Shown here piece by piece: positions 26,681 through 33,863 of a stretch of 64,000 bases of DNA (positions are counted from its first letter, which is position 1; every line of letters begins with the position of its first letter). The position numbers and the translations under genes were made by a program. The stretch is from sequence record PZ027503.1; one strand, written 5' to 3'. Source of the stretch: a phage. The notes under the pieces were generated by a model. The model was not told the DNA's origin and did not search any database. It saw nothing but the letters and a program-made list of their open reading frames with translations.

Positions 26681-26800
26681 TTATAAGATGATTGATAAGA
26701 TAGTGACAACGAAAGCGATTATACTGATGGCAAATGTCATCTTTTTACCTTCGGATACTGCCGGATTTTCTACCGTGTATTCTACTGTGTACTTGCTCAT
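26681..26800 (-). CDS. membrane-anchored micro-protein (39 aa)
   Basis: hand-translated MSKYTVEYTVENPAVSEGKKMTFAISIIAFVVTILSIIL. Confidence 0.35.
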   Translation of the reverse strand: MSKYTVEYTVENPAVSEGKKMTFAISIIAFVVTILSIIL

Positions 26801-26822
26801 CGTGTAATCCTCTCGTTTGCTT

Positions 26823-26880
26823 TGGGAACTATTCCCGCCGCCCTATGAATTAAATATACACTATCTCAAAATGATTGCAA
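26823..26880 (-). promoter_or_regulatory. promoter plus 5' stem-loop cassette (short stem)
   Basis: hairpin GGGAACTATTCCC; TTGCAA at 26875-26880 (minus). Confidence 0.5.
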
Positions 26881-26898
26881 GCCTTTTTCTAAATTATT

Positions 26899-27183
26899 TT
26901 ATGCAGTAAACAAACCATCATTTACAACGGCGGCGATGATCTCCCGTGCCATTGATTCAGGGAAAGGGGCGCTATAGTCCTGGCTTGTCTCATCGGTATC
27001 GGTGATCCAATGATAAGCTAACGAGTAAAAGCCTTTACTAACTGTTTTCAGTGAGATGATGATCACTCGGTCAAGCTTATTGGTGAATGTTGCCGTTAAT
27101 GTGTCACCCTCCTGCGTCATGTTGGACAAGTAAGCGGGATCATTAATCAGGGAAAACATTAGCACGGTGTTAGCTTTACTCAT
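26899..27183 (-). CDS. hypothetical protein (94 aa)
   Basis: ORF track frame; start at internal ATG with GAGGATG RBS. Confidence 0.55.
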   Translation of the reverse strand: MSKANTVLMFSLINDPAYLSNMTQEGDTLTATFTNKLDRVIIISLKTVSKGFYSLAYHWITDTDETSQDYSAPFPESMAREIIAAVVNDGLFTA

Positions 27184-27203
27184 GATTGCATCCTCAAAGG
27201 GGG

Positions 27204-27260
27204 CGCGGCACCATTGCCGCCCTACACGATAACTATAACACAATATAAAACAGGATCAAC
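27204..27260 (-). promoter_or_regulatory. promoter plus 5' stem-loop cassette
   Basis: hairpin GCGGCACCATTGCCGC 27205-27220; TTGATC-N16-TATAGT (minus). Confidence 0.55.
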
Positions 27261-27462
27261 CTTTATTTTTCCACGGTGTCAGCTTGTTAATCATTGGTGA
27301 TAAATAGCGTTTACCAACGTAAAACAGCACGCCAACTGATGCAACGGCGGCGACCTCATGCATAGCCGACGGGAAACGGGTATCATAATAAGATCCAATA
27401 ATAGCAATAGCGGCAACGGCTGCAACGTCGATAATGATTTTTTCTTGTTTTGCGGTGATCAT
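27256..27462 (-). CDS. small membrane protein (68 aa)
   Basis: ORF track; hydrophobic. Confidence 0.5.
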   Translation of the reverse strand: MITAKQEKIIIDVAAVAAIAIIGSYYDTRFPSAMHEVAAVASVGVLFYVGKRYLSPMINKLTPWKNKG

Positions 27463-27481
27463 AATATTTACCTTTTTGTAT

Positions 27482-27541
27482 GGTGGGGAACTATTCCCCG
27501 CCTGATGTAATACAGTTTAACAGGTCCGGTTATGGTGTCAA
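27482..27541 (-). promoter_or_regulatory. promoter plus 5' stem-loop cassette
   Basis: hairpin GGTGGGGAACTATTCCCCGCC; TTGACA 27536-27541 (minus). Confidence 0.55.
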
Positions 27542-27547
27542 CCACTT

Positions 27548-27733
27548 TTAAAGATATTTTATGTTAATGATGTTTTCAGGTTTTACCTTGTTATGATGTG
27601 CATCAACATAGATCAAACCATCGTCAGAAAAGCCCAGGATCACGCCCTGCGCAATAAAACCGTATTCGTCACGGTAACGCACGGCTATTTTTAATGTTGC
27701 GCTGTAGGCTGTTTTAAGCTCGTTTAAAGTCAT
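27548..27733 (-). CDS. hypothetical protein (61 aa)
   Basis: ORF track; GAGGAT RBS. Confidence 0.5.
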   Translation of the reverse strand: MTLNELKTAYSATLKIAVRYRDEYGFIAQGVILGFSDDGLIYVDAHHNKVKPENIINIKYL

Positions 27734-27753
27734 TTTTGTTTATCCTCTACATG

Positions 27754-27774
27754 TAAAAAGAAAGGGCGCTTGGT
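27754..27774 (-). terminator. intra-island terminator
   Basis: AAGGGCGCTTGGTGCGCCCTT hairpin followed by CTTTTTAC on minus strand. Confidence 0.45.
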
Positions 27775-27788
27775 GCGCCCTTGTTATG

Positions 27789-27935
27789 TTAATCCTCTAA
27801 ATCCATCCAATTATATTTGTCACTCTTCCCGCGCTTTGTTTTATTGCGCTTGTCGCCTTTGCGGATCACTTCCTCGTTCCAGGCCTTGCGGATCTTGGAA
27901 GATTGAATTTTTTCTGCGCGATTAGATGTATTCAT
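27789..27935 (-). CDS. small basic protein (48 aa)
   Basis: hand-translated MNTSNRAEKIQSSKIRKAWNEEVIRKGDKRNKTKRGKSDKYNWMDLED; AGAGGAAACA RBS. Confidence 0.4.
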   Translation of the reverse strand: MNTSNRAEKIQSSKIRKAWNEEVIRKGDKRNKTKRGKSDKYNWMDLED

Positions 27936-27954
27936 TTTGTTTCCTCTTTATATG

Positions 27955-28008
27955 AGCGGCACTATTGCCGCTATATTGTTAATTTAAACTGTTTTGTAAA
28001 ATTGTCAA
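27955..28008 (-). promoter_or_regulatory. promoter plus 5' stem-loop cassette
   Basis: hairpin GCGGCACTATTGCCGC 27956-27971; TTGACA 28002-28008 (minus). Confidence 0.55.
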
Positions 28009-28014
28009 GGTTTA

Positions 28015-28368
28015 TCATTCATAAGAGCAAGCAAGGATCACGCCTGCAATATAAAGCCAATAATTTTCCCTTTCTCGTTGGATTTTATCATCGCTGCTAT
28101 TCTCTTTAATGTATCCCCAGGATGTTAACAACCGATCTACTTCCCAATACTCGAAAGCTATATTAATATTTGACGGTAAACCTTGTAACCATGATGCTAT
28201 TGCTCTGATAATGTTATGATCGTAACGTTTTTGATTATCGGTGTACCAATATTCAGATTTAAAACAGCGCATCAATTCCGCGATCTTCTCTTTCTCTTCT
28301 GTGATGCCATACTCGCTATAATCAATTGAGGCCAGAATATAAAGTTTAATTGCATTTTGTGCTTTCAT
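28015..28368 (-). CDS. hypothetical protein (117 aa)
   Basis: ORF track. Confidence 0.55.
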   Translation of the reverse strand: MKAQNAIKLYILASIDYSEYGITEEKEKIAELMRCFKSEYWYTDNQKRYDHNIIRAIASWLQGLPSNINIAFEYWEVDRLLTSWGYIKENSSDDKIQRERENYWLYIAGVILACSYE

Positions 28369-28387
28369 GGTGTCTCTCTTCTGTTGT

Positions 28388-28445
28388 TGGCGGCACCATT
28401 GCCGCCCTATGTGTTACATCTTACCGGATTTTTAAAACTTGTCAA
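28388..28445 (-). promoter_or_regulatory. promoter plus 5' stem-loop cassette
   Basis: hairpin GGCGGCACCATTGCCGCC 28389-28406; TTGACA 28439-28445 (minus). Confidence 0.6.
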
Positions 28446-28667
28446 TCATTTTTCTACTATCATTTGATACCCTGTTTCCAGGTTAGTAAACACCGTGATC
28501 CCGTCCTGGCGTTCACTCATTAGCATACAAGGCGCTAACATCCTTTCTACTGCCTTGCACTCATTGTAAACGGCGGTTATGTCTCCTGCGGCCTTGTCTT
28601 CTGTGGTGAATGTATCGTTTACGTAAACCTGACCAGCGACAACGGCGACAATAGCGAAAGTGATCAT
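28446..28667 (-). CDS. hypothetical protein (73 aa)
   Basis: ORF track; MITFA N-terminus shared with next small ORF. Confidence 0.5.
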   Translation of the reverse strand: MITFAIVAVVAGQVYVNDTFTTEDKAAGDITAVYNECKAVERMLAPCMLMSERQDGITVFTNLETGYQMIVEK

Positions 28668-28700
28668 GGTGTTTCCTTGTTAGTAGTGGTTTCTCTTCTC

Positions 28701-28726
28701 TATAGCGCCCATTGTAAGGCGCTATA
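28701..28726 (-). promoter_or_regulatory. variant 5' stem-loop (TATAGCGCC/GGCGCTATA)
   Basis: inverted repeat immediately upstream of RBS of 28446-28667. Confidence 0.4.
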
Positions 28727-28734
28727 ACGAAAAG

Positions 28735-28908
28735 TCAACGATTATTTTTAAGGCTTAAAGTACCTAACTTGTCAGCATGACGCAGACCAGGGAAGATCCA
28801 TTTGCCTGATTCATCTTTTACAGGTGCTTTAAACGTAGCGCCCAGGTTGGCGGCGTTAATTTTACGGGCAACGTTGCGAGCGGCTTCACGGGTAGCGAAA
28901 GTGATCAT
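28735..28908 (-). CDS. small protein (57 aa)
   Basis: hand-translated MITFATREAARNVARKINAANLGATFKAPVKDESGKWIFPGL... Confidence 0.4.
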   Translation of the reverse strand: MITFATREAARNVARKINAANLGATFKAPVKDESGKWIFPGLRHADKLGTLSLKNNR

Positions 28909-28932
28909 GGTGTTTTCCTCTTCTCTTTGTTA

Positions 28933-28994
28933 GGCGGTGGACCATTCCGCCGCCTTGATGTAATACAGTTTACTTTATTTTTGCAGTATTGCAA
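28933..28994 (-). promoter_or_regulatory. promoter plus 5' stem-loop cassette
   Basis: hairpin GGCGGTGGACCATTCCGCCGCC; TTGCAA 28989-28994 (minus). Confidence 0.45.
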
Positions 28995-29000
28995 GCGGTT

Positions 29001-29213
29001 TTATGAAATAATCGTCAAAGTAAAATTGTAATCACCTGATTGATACAATACTTTATCACCGAACGTTCCAACACGTTTAACATTGCAATATATACCCATA
29101 ACACTTTTTACATCTTTGATATTCTTCACGCCTGTAATATCTTTATTAAAATGATCGTGATCAGAAAATAAAACTTGACTTGCATTTTTTAACAGTGTGC
29201 GGATATTAGCCAT
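29001..29213 (-). CDS. hypothetical protein (70 aa)
   Basis: ORF track. Confidence 0.5.
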   Translation of the reverse strand: MANIRTLLKNASQVLFSDHDHFNKDITGVKNIKDVKSVMGIYCNVKRVGTFGDKVLYQSGDYNFTLTIIS

Positions 29214-29237
29214 CGTAATAATCTCTCTTCTGTTGTG

Positions 29238-29294
29238 AGCGGCACCATTGCCGCCCTACGTAATATAGTTTACTCTTTTTCTTTCCCGTGTCAA
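29238..29294 (-). promoter_or_regulatory. promoter plus 5' stem-loop cassette
   Basis: hairpin GCGGCACCATTGCCGC 29239-29254; TTGACA 29289-29294 (minus). Confidence 0.6.
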
Positions 29295-29303
29295 CAATCT
29301 TTT

Positions 29304-29531
29304 TCAGATTAATTCATCCAGGCATAACAGGCGATCAACGTTGAGATCGGTTAGGCTGATGGTTGGCACCTGGTAGGATTCGATGTACTCGACGCTTGCA
29401 TATTCCCCAAAATTAGCAATAGCCCACTTATTCAAGATCTCACATACATCATTAATCTTTTTGTTTGTTACGACTGCAATAACCTGGGAAGTGCCAACGG
29501 TGCCGGATACGCGAACAATATTGATAGCCAT
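29304..29531 (-). CDS. hypothetical protein (75 aa)
   Basis: ORF track. Confidence 0.5.
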   Translation of the reverse strand: MAINIVRVSGTVGTSQVIAVVTNKKINDVCEILNKWAIANFGEYASVEYIESYQVPTISLTDLNVDRLLCLDELI

Positions 29532-29551
29532 AATCTTTAATCTCTCTGTTT

Positions 29552-29612
29552 TGGCGGGAAACCACTTCCCGCCCTATGTGATACATCTTACACTAATTTT
29601 AAACGTTGTCAA
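29552..29612 (-). promoter_or_regulatory. promoter plus 5' stem-loop cassette
   Basis: hairpin GGCGGGAAACCACTTCCCGCC; TTGACA-N-TAAGAT (minus). Confidence 0.6.
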
Positions 29613-29621
29613 CTGTTTTTA

Positions 29622-29861
29622 TTACATTCCAACCATCGCGGCACGGATCGCAGTAGTGCTATATTTGAAACCGTCTGGCGTTTTATCTTGTCCAGTTTGT
29701 TCCAGAAAAAGCATCATATCCCGCGCCGCATCATTACGATTAGCATTAGCGTTAATAAAATCTTGGGCCAACCGGTATAACGATTCATCGTTATTAATCC
29801 AAAGGCTTACATTCCAATGAGTTTTGTTTTTGTGACCGTTGTACATTTTAGATTTAGCCAT
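29622..29861 (-). CDS. hypothetical protein (79 aa)
   Basis: ORF track. Confidence 0.5.
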   Translation of the reverse strand: MAKSKMYNGHKNKTHWNVSLWINNDESLYRLAQDFINANANRNDAARDMMLFLEQTGQDKTPDGFKYSTTAIRAAMVGM

Positions 29862-29884
29862 GATTTTTCTCTCTTTTTCAGTGA

Positions 29885-29944
29885 GGCGGGAAGTGTTCCC
29901 GCTCTCTATGTAATACAGTTTACTCTTTTTATTCGTGCTGTCAA
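29885..29944 (-). promoter_or_regulatory. promoter plus 5' stem-loop cassette
   Basis: hairpin GCGGGAAGTGTTCCCGC 29886-29902; TTGACA 29939-29944 (minus). Confidence 0.55.
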
Positions 29945-29950
29945 TGCTTT

Positions 29951-30316
29951 TTATAAATCTTTTTTACGTTTTACATCGCTCGCATGACTGTATACAGTGA
30001 TCCCATTGTCACGGCAAAAACGGGAAAGGTAGGCATAATTTGAAAACTCTTTACCTTCCAGGTTGATAACCTTGCTAAACTCTTCTAGGGCAACGGTATC
30101 AAAATGATCACCATAGCCATATTGAAACGGAACGTTAACCACCTCGATCAGTTTACCGCCGATCTCAACGTCAACCATTAAAGAGAAATATGTGTTACCG
30201 TAGGACCGTTGAAACCAGCGACGGGCGCTAATGTGCACCGCTTCAATGCTGGATAATTCAATTTTAGCCGTGTTAGCCAGGGTAGCATAAGCGGAAACAT
30301 TGATATTAATAGCCAT
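29951..30316 (-). CDS. hypothetical protein (121 aa)
   Basis: ORF track. Confidence 0.55.
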   Translation of the reverse strand: MAININVSAYATLANTAKIELSSIEAVHISARRWFQRSYGNTYFSLMVDVEIGGKLIEVVNVPFQYGYGDHFDTVALEEFSKVINLEGKEFSNYAYLSRFCRDNGITVYSHASDVKRKKDL

Positions 30317-30341
30317 GATGATAATCTCTCTTTTTGGTTAG

Positions 30342-30394
30342 TGGGAAGTATTCCCGATAAAAGTTATTATGCTTATACTATCACTCATTGTCAA
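30342..30394 (-). promoter_or_regulatory. promoter plus 5' stem-loop cassette (short stem)
   Basis: hairpin GGGAAGTATTCCC; TTGACA 30389-30394 (minus). Confidence 0.5.
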
Positions 30395-30413
30395 TAGTAT
30401 AAGACTAAAACTT

Positions 30414-30593
30414 TTAACGATAATCGTTATAGGCTTTATTGACCTGGCGAATGTAACATTCGAAAGCAAGATCAATGTATTCGTATTCACGCACATAATC
30501 ACCATAGGTCACTACATACATTTTTAAAGTTTCCTCATAAGCCAGGAGGATCGAATCTAAACCTATAATCTCAGTTTTTGCAATGATAGCCAT
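30414..30593 (-). CDS. small protein (59 aa)
   Basis: hand-translated MAIIAKTEIIGLDSILLAYEETLKMYVVTYGDYVREYEYIDLAFECYIRQVNKAYNDYR. Confidence 0.4.
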   Translation of the reverse strand: MAIIAKTEIIGLDSILLAYEETLKMYVVTYGDYVREYEYIDLAFECYIRQVNKAYNDYR

Positions 30594-30612
30594 GATGTTA
30601 ACCTTTTATTGT

Positions 30613-30670
30613 TGGCGGCACCATTGCCGCCCTACGTGATAAACTATACCAGAAGTTTAAACAGTGTCAA
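30613..30670 (-). promoter_or_regulatory. promoter plus 5' stem-loop cassette
   Basis: hairpin GGCGGCACCATTGCCGCC 30614-30631; TTGACA 30665-30670 (minus). Confidence 0.6.
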
Positions 30671-30676
30671 CCGTTT

Positions 30677-31039
30677 TTATTCGTAAATTTTACCGCTTTC
30701 GGCCCATACCATAACGCGGCGCATACTATCCCAAGTGTTTTGATCCAGGTTTAAGCCGTGCAACTCTTCGGTACTTCCCAGACCAGGTACCGCTTTGTTG
30801 TAAGTCGCATATAAGCGCCCTTGATACTCATACGCCAGAGTAAGATCCGTTTGAATCATCTTTTTAAGCATAGCATTAAGCATCATATTAGCGGCATGTT
30901 GATCACGTTTTAGCGGTAACATATCAATAAGGGCGCGATAAGCTGAAACATGGATATCAACCGTTTCACGTGGTAAATTTTTCATATCATCGCGGAAAGA
31001 TACCAGATTAAATATGATAGTATTGATTTGCTTGCTCAT
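30677..31039 (-). CDS. hypothetical protein (120 aa)
   Basis: ORF track. Confidence 0.55.
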   Translation of the reverse strand: MSKQINTIIFNLVSFRDDMKNLPRETVDIHVSAYRALIDMLPLKRDQHAANMMLNAMLKKMIQTDLTLAYEYQGRLYATYNKAVPGLGSTEELHGLNLDQNTWDSMRRVMVWAESGKIYE

Positions 31040-31059
31040 TGTGTTACCCTTTTTTGTTT

Positions 31060-31121
31060 TGGCGGGGAAGTATTCCGCCGCCCTATGTGATACATCTTAT
31101 CAGATTAAAAAACGTTGTCAA
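31060..31121 (-). promoter_or_regulatory. promoter plus 5' stem-loop cassette
   Basis: hairpin GGCGGGGAAGTATTCCGCCGCC; TTGACA-N-TAAGAT (minus). Confidence 0.6.
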
Positions 31122-31129
31122 GAATATTT

Positions 31130-31225
31130 TTAGAAAATAATATCCGCTACTACAACCCAAAATGGAACGGCTAGAATGATAGCGTTAATCGTTCCAACCG
31201 TCAAGCTATTTTCTTTATTAATCAT
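31130..31225 (-). CDS. membrane micro-protein (31 aa)
   Basis: hand-translated MINKENSLTVGTINAIILAVPFWVVVADIIF; sits between two cassettes. Confidence 0.3.
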   Translation of the reverse strand: MINKENSLTVGTINAIILAVPFWVVVADIIF

Positions 31226-31253
31226 TGTAAGCCTCTTGCATAATTTCACTATG

Positions 31254-31311
31254 AGCGGCACCATTGCCGCCCTACGTGGTAAATATTATGCCAGTGGCGG
31301 CGATATGTCAA
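31254..31311 (-). promoter_or_regulatory. promoter plus 5' stem-loop cassette
   Basis: hairpin GCGGCACCATTGCCGC 31255-31270; TTGACA 31306-31311 (minus). Confidence 0.6.
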
Positions 31312-31865
31312 AGACTATTTTCAAAGTTTTCTAGTGCGATCCTTTTTTCTTCCTCTGTCGGCTGATAATCAGGAAAAGCATCAACACACAACAACGGCGG
31401 GATCTCTTCGTACTCTTCCTCTTCCGTTGTCTCCTCGTCTTCCTCCTGGGCTATGGCTGCAATTTTGGCTAATTTTCTTTCGGCTTGAATCAATTTACCA
31501 TCAAGTACGTTTTTTGCCATGTTGTAAGCGGTCCAGGTGATGCGCTTACTTTCCAACGCTTCATCAAGCGCCGCTATCTTGCTGGGGTATTCATCCAGGA
31601 CACGAAAAGCCGGATCAATTTTGTACAAAGGATTATCTTTCGCGCCGTCGCTTGCATCTTCCGCACTGGATAAATCAGCGTTACCATTTGCCAGCCAGCC
31701 AGGGCGCACATAACGCGCTTTTACGTTGCCGTTACTACGTGCTAATCTGTTACCTATTTGCTCACCGCTATATCCCGTGGATTCATCGATAAGATGATCG
31801 GGAATGATGCGCGGATCATCTGCTTCATGTTTTACCCAAGACTGGATCACATATTCGCGGCCCAT
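31308..31865 (-). CDS. hypothetical protein with acidic C-terminus (185 aa)
   Basis: ORF track frame; start at ATG 31865 with AAGGTGG RBS. Confidence 0.6.
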   Translation of the reverse strand: MGREYVIQSWVKHEADDPRIIPDHLIDESTGYSGEQIGNRLARSNGNVKARYVRPGWLANGNADLSSAEDASDGAKDNPLYKIDPAFRVLDEYPSKIAALDEALESKRITWTAYNMAKNVLDGKLIQAERKLAKIAAIAQEEDEETTEEEEYEEIPPLLCVDAFPDYQPTEEEKRIALENFENSL

Positions 31866-31866
31866 A

Positions 31867-32124
31867 TTAACCACCTTTTTTCAACAATTGGCATACTTTA
31901 AAAAGACTTGCTGAATCCTTGCAAGGGTAGAAAGATGTACGATAATCACGTACGCCAACCTTGCGGATCTCGATGTTCTCGCATGTTGTTTGATCAAAGA
32001 TATTTATTTCATCACGCCCCCTTATATAAACATAGTGGGGATGTATTAACGCATATTTTGCTAATCTGTAAAAAGCGTTATCTTTGAACGCGATCACGTG
32101 ACCTTTTAATTTGATGTAAAACAT
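31867..32124 (-). CDS. hypothetical protein (85 aa)
   Basis: ORF track. Confidence 0.5.
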   Translation of the reverse strand: MFYIKLKGHVIAFKDNAFYRLAKYALIHPHYVYIRGRDEINIFDQTTCENIEIRKVGVRDYRTSFYPCKDSASLFKVCQLLKKGG

Positions 32125-32141
32125 TCTACCACCTTACAAAT

Positions 32142-32197
32142 AGCGGGAACTATTCCCGCTTTATGTAACATATTAACAAATTATTCGTTAATGTCAA
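32142..32197 (-). promoter_or_regulatory. promoter plus 5' stem-loop cassette
   Basis: hairpin AGCGGGAACTATTCCCGCT; TTGACA 32192-32197 (minus). Confidence 0.55.
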
Positions 32198-32200
32198 GCC

Positions 32201-32473
32201 TTAAAGCAAAAACGCTACATCTTGCGCTTTTAGTGTAGTATCAACCATTTTCGGGCTTTTATAATCAACAAAGCGCGCGGTTTTTTCAATAGCGAAACCG
32301 AGATAATCTTGCTTGTTGAAATTACACTCTTTCTTAAATGTTTCCCGTGCAATGGCAATCGCTGCGTCCAGGGATAAACGCCCGTCAATATTGATATTAG
32401 CGAAAGATCCGCCACCGCTCATAGGTTTACCAGTTGTGCCAGCTACGATCATTGTTGCGCTATATGATGCCAT
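32201..32473 (-). CDS. hypothetical protein (90 aa)
   Basis: ORF track. Confidence 0.55.
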   Translation of the reverse strand: MASYSATMIVAGTTGKPMSGGGSFANINIDGRLSLDAAIAIARETFKKECNFNKQDYLGFAIEKTARFVDYKSPKMVDTTLKAQDVAFLL

Positions 32474-32497
32474 GATGATAATCTCTCTTCTGTTACG

Positions 32498-32557
32498 AGC
32501 GGGAAACCACTTCCCGCCCTATGTGATACATCTTATCAGGTTGTTGTTTGTTGTCAA
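32498..32557 (-). promoter_or_regulatory. promoter plus 5' stem-loop cassette
   Basis: hairpin GCGGGAAACCACTTCCCGC; TTGACA-N-TAAGAT (minus). Confidence 0.6.
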
Positions 32558-32563
32558 TACTTT

Positions 32564-32761
32564 TTATTCTATCCCTGCAATTTGATTAACGCGCTTGCAT
32601 TTTGTAGCGTGCTGGTCTTCTGTAATGACTCCCATTTCTAACAGGGAATCAATGAAAGATAAAACCGTTTCATGATCATCCTGGGGATGACTGAACTCAG
32701 TAAAACCGTTTACCACGACGCTGATTTGTCCTGCTTTCGCCACAATGTGCAATGTTGCCAT
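32564..32761 (-). CDS. hypothetical protein (65 aa), first gene of island
   Basis: ORF track; GGAG RBS. Confidence 0.5.
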   Translation of the reverse strand: MATLHIVAKAGQISVVVNGFTEFSHPQDDHETVLSFIDSLLEMGVITEDQHATKCKRVNQIAGIE

Positions 32762-33036
32762 GATTTTAACTCCAGGTGATGAATGATGTTTTTTGTTGGT
32801 GGACGGTGGATTATGGAGATCCTCACCTTTGCCCGTCCTGCATTGCGCCCCTCCTGTTGTTTATTGTCGTTGTGCCGCGCCCCCCTCGACAAGATGAATA
32901 CTACGCCACCAGGTGAGGAACGTCAACCACTTTTTCAATCTTTTTTATTTTCTTTTTTGCTTGCTGTATATGAAGGAAACGGCTATCATCTTTCTACCGC
33001 GCCAACCAGGGCGCACAACAAAGAAAGGGCGATACC

Positions 33037-33303
33037 ATGACAAATACTACATTACACCTTATGCACTCATTGGGCTGGCAAGGCGGCACGGTGCACCAGG
33101 TAGCAAGCGCAACGGGCTTAAAGGTTGAAACAGTTCTCAACCTGGGCGATCATAAGGTGGAAGAGATAGATCATTTTGATTCGTTCGCTGATGGTTATTT
33201 ATGGGCTTGCAGTGGCGGCGGGGAAAGCAAGATACCGCCAGGGGAGCGGGGTAATATGTATTTTTGGTTAGGTGTCCTATCCTGGCAAGAAGATAAAAAA
33301 TAA
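33037..33303 (+). CDS. hypothetical protein (88 aa)
   Basis: ORF track; isolated rightward ORF in hub, weak RBS. Confidence 0.35.
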   Translation: MTNTTLHLMHSLGWQGGTVHQVASATGLKVETVLNLGDHKVEEIDHFDSFADGYLWACSGGGESKIPPGERGNMYFWLGVLSWQEDKK

Positions 33304-33552
33304 TCTTGACAAGCCCAGGGATCGGGCTTATACTGTTTTACATACAGAAGAGGAAGCGCCACCCCACGGCGTAAAGGCGGGGCTAACATACCAGGGCGCT
33401 GGTTGGAAGGTTGATCGCCGGTAGGCTGGGCGCTATATATTTGTAAAGAAATGTAAAGATAAAATAATCGCTTGCTTTCCTGGCTGGATCTGTTATTCTT
33501 ATTACATGGCGAGGGGACACGGGAGCGCGAGACAAACACCACCCCTGCGCGT

Positions 33553-33670
33553 CATTCTCTAGATGAGAATGATTATCATTCACCTTATTAAATAAGAATC
33601 AATCTCATTTATAAACTTAAATGCGAATCATTATCATTTGCATTTCCATATGAGAACTCTTCTCATTCTC
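33553..33670. promoter_or_regulatory. cluster of operator-like palindromes (TCATTCTC/GAGAATGA, GAATGATTATCATTC, GAATCATTATCATT)
   Basis: overlapping inverted repeats seen in sequence; same motif family as 20681 and 20863. Confidence 0.45.
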
Positions 33671-33686
33671 ACCTGCATAAATTTTT

Positions 33687-33863
33687 GTAAACTTTAAATT
33701 TTGCTTTTGTACTTTCATTTTTGTAAAAGCAAAAAAACTTTAAATACTGTGGGCGCGCAAAATTTTTAAAATTTTCCTTGACTTTTGAGTTTTGTTTTGT
33801 ATCTAACATTTTAAGATAATTTTCCTAAACTTTAAATTTTGGTTTTCAACTTTCACTTTTGTA
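33687..33863. repeat. two 39-bp direct repeats (35/39 identical) plus partial copies, iteron-like
   Basis: AAACTTTAAATTTTGCTTTTGTACTTTCATTTTTGTAAA at 33687 and 33825; AT-rich. Confidence 0.5.

Noticed and set aside
22907-32557. Regularly spaced GC-rich repeats resembling a CRISPR array
   Set aside because: The repeat units are palindromic hairpins attached to promoter hexamers, the intervening 'spacers' are 100-570-bp protein-coding ORFs with RBSs, spacing is irregular and no cas genes are present.
32783-33542. ORFs 32783-33040 (+) and 33195-33542 (-) in the hub region
   Set aside because: Pro/Ser/Arg-rich low-complexity translations without RBSs; the region is better explained as promoter or structured non-coding DNA. 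33037-33303 (+) was kept only at low confidence.
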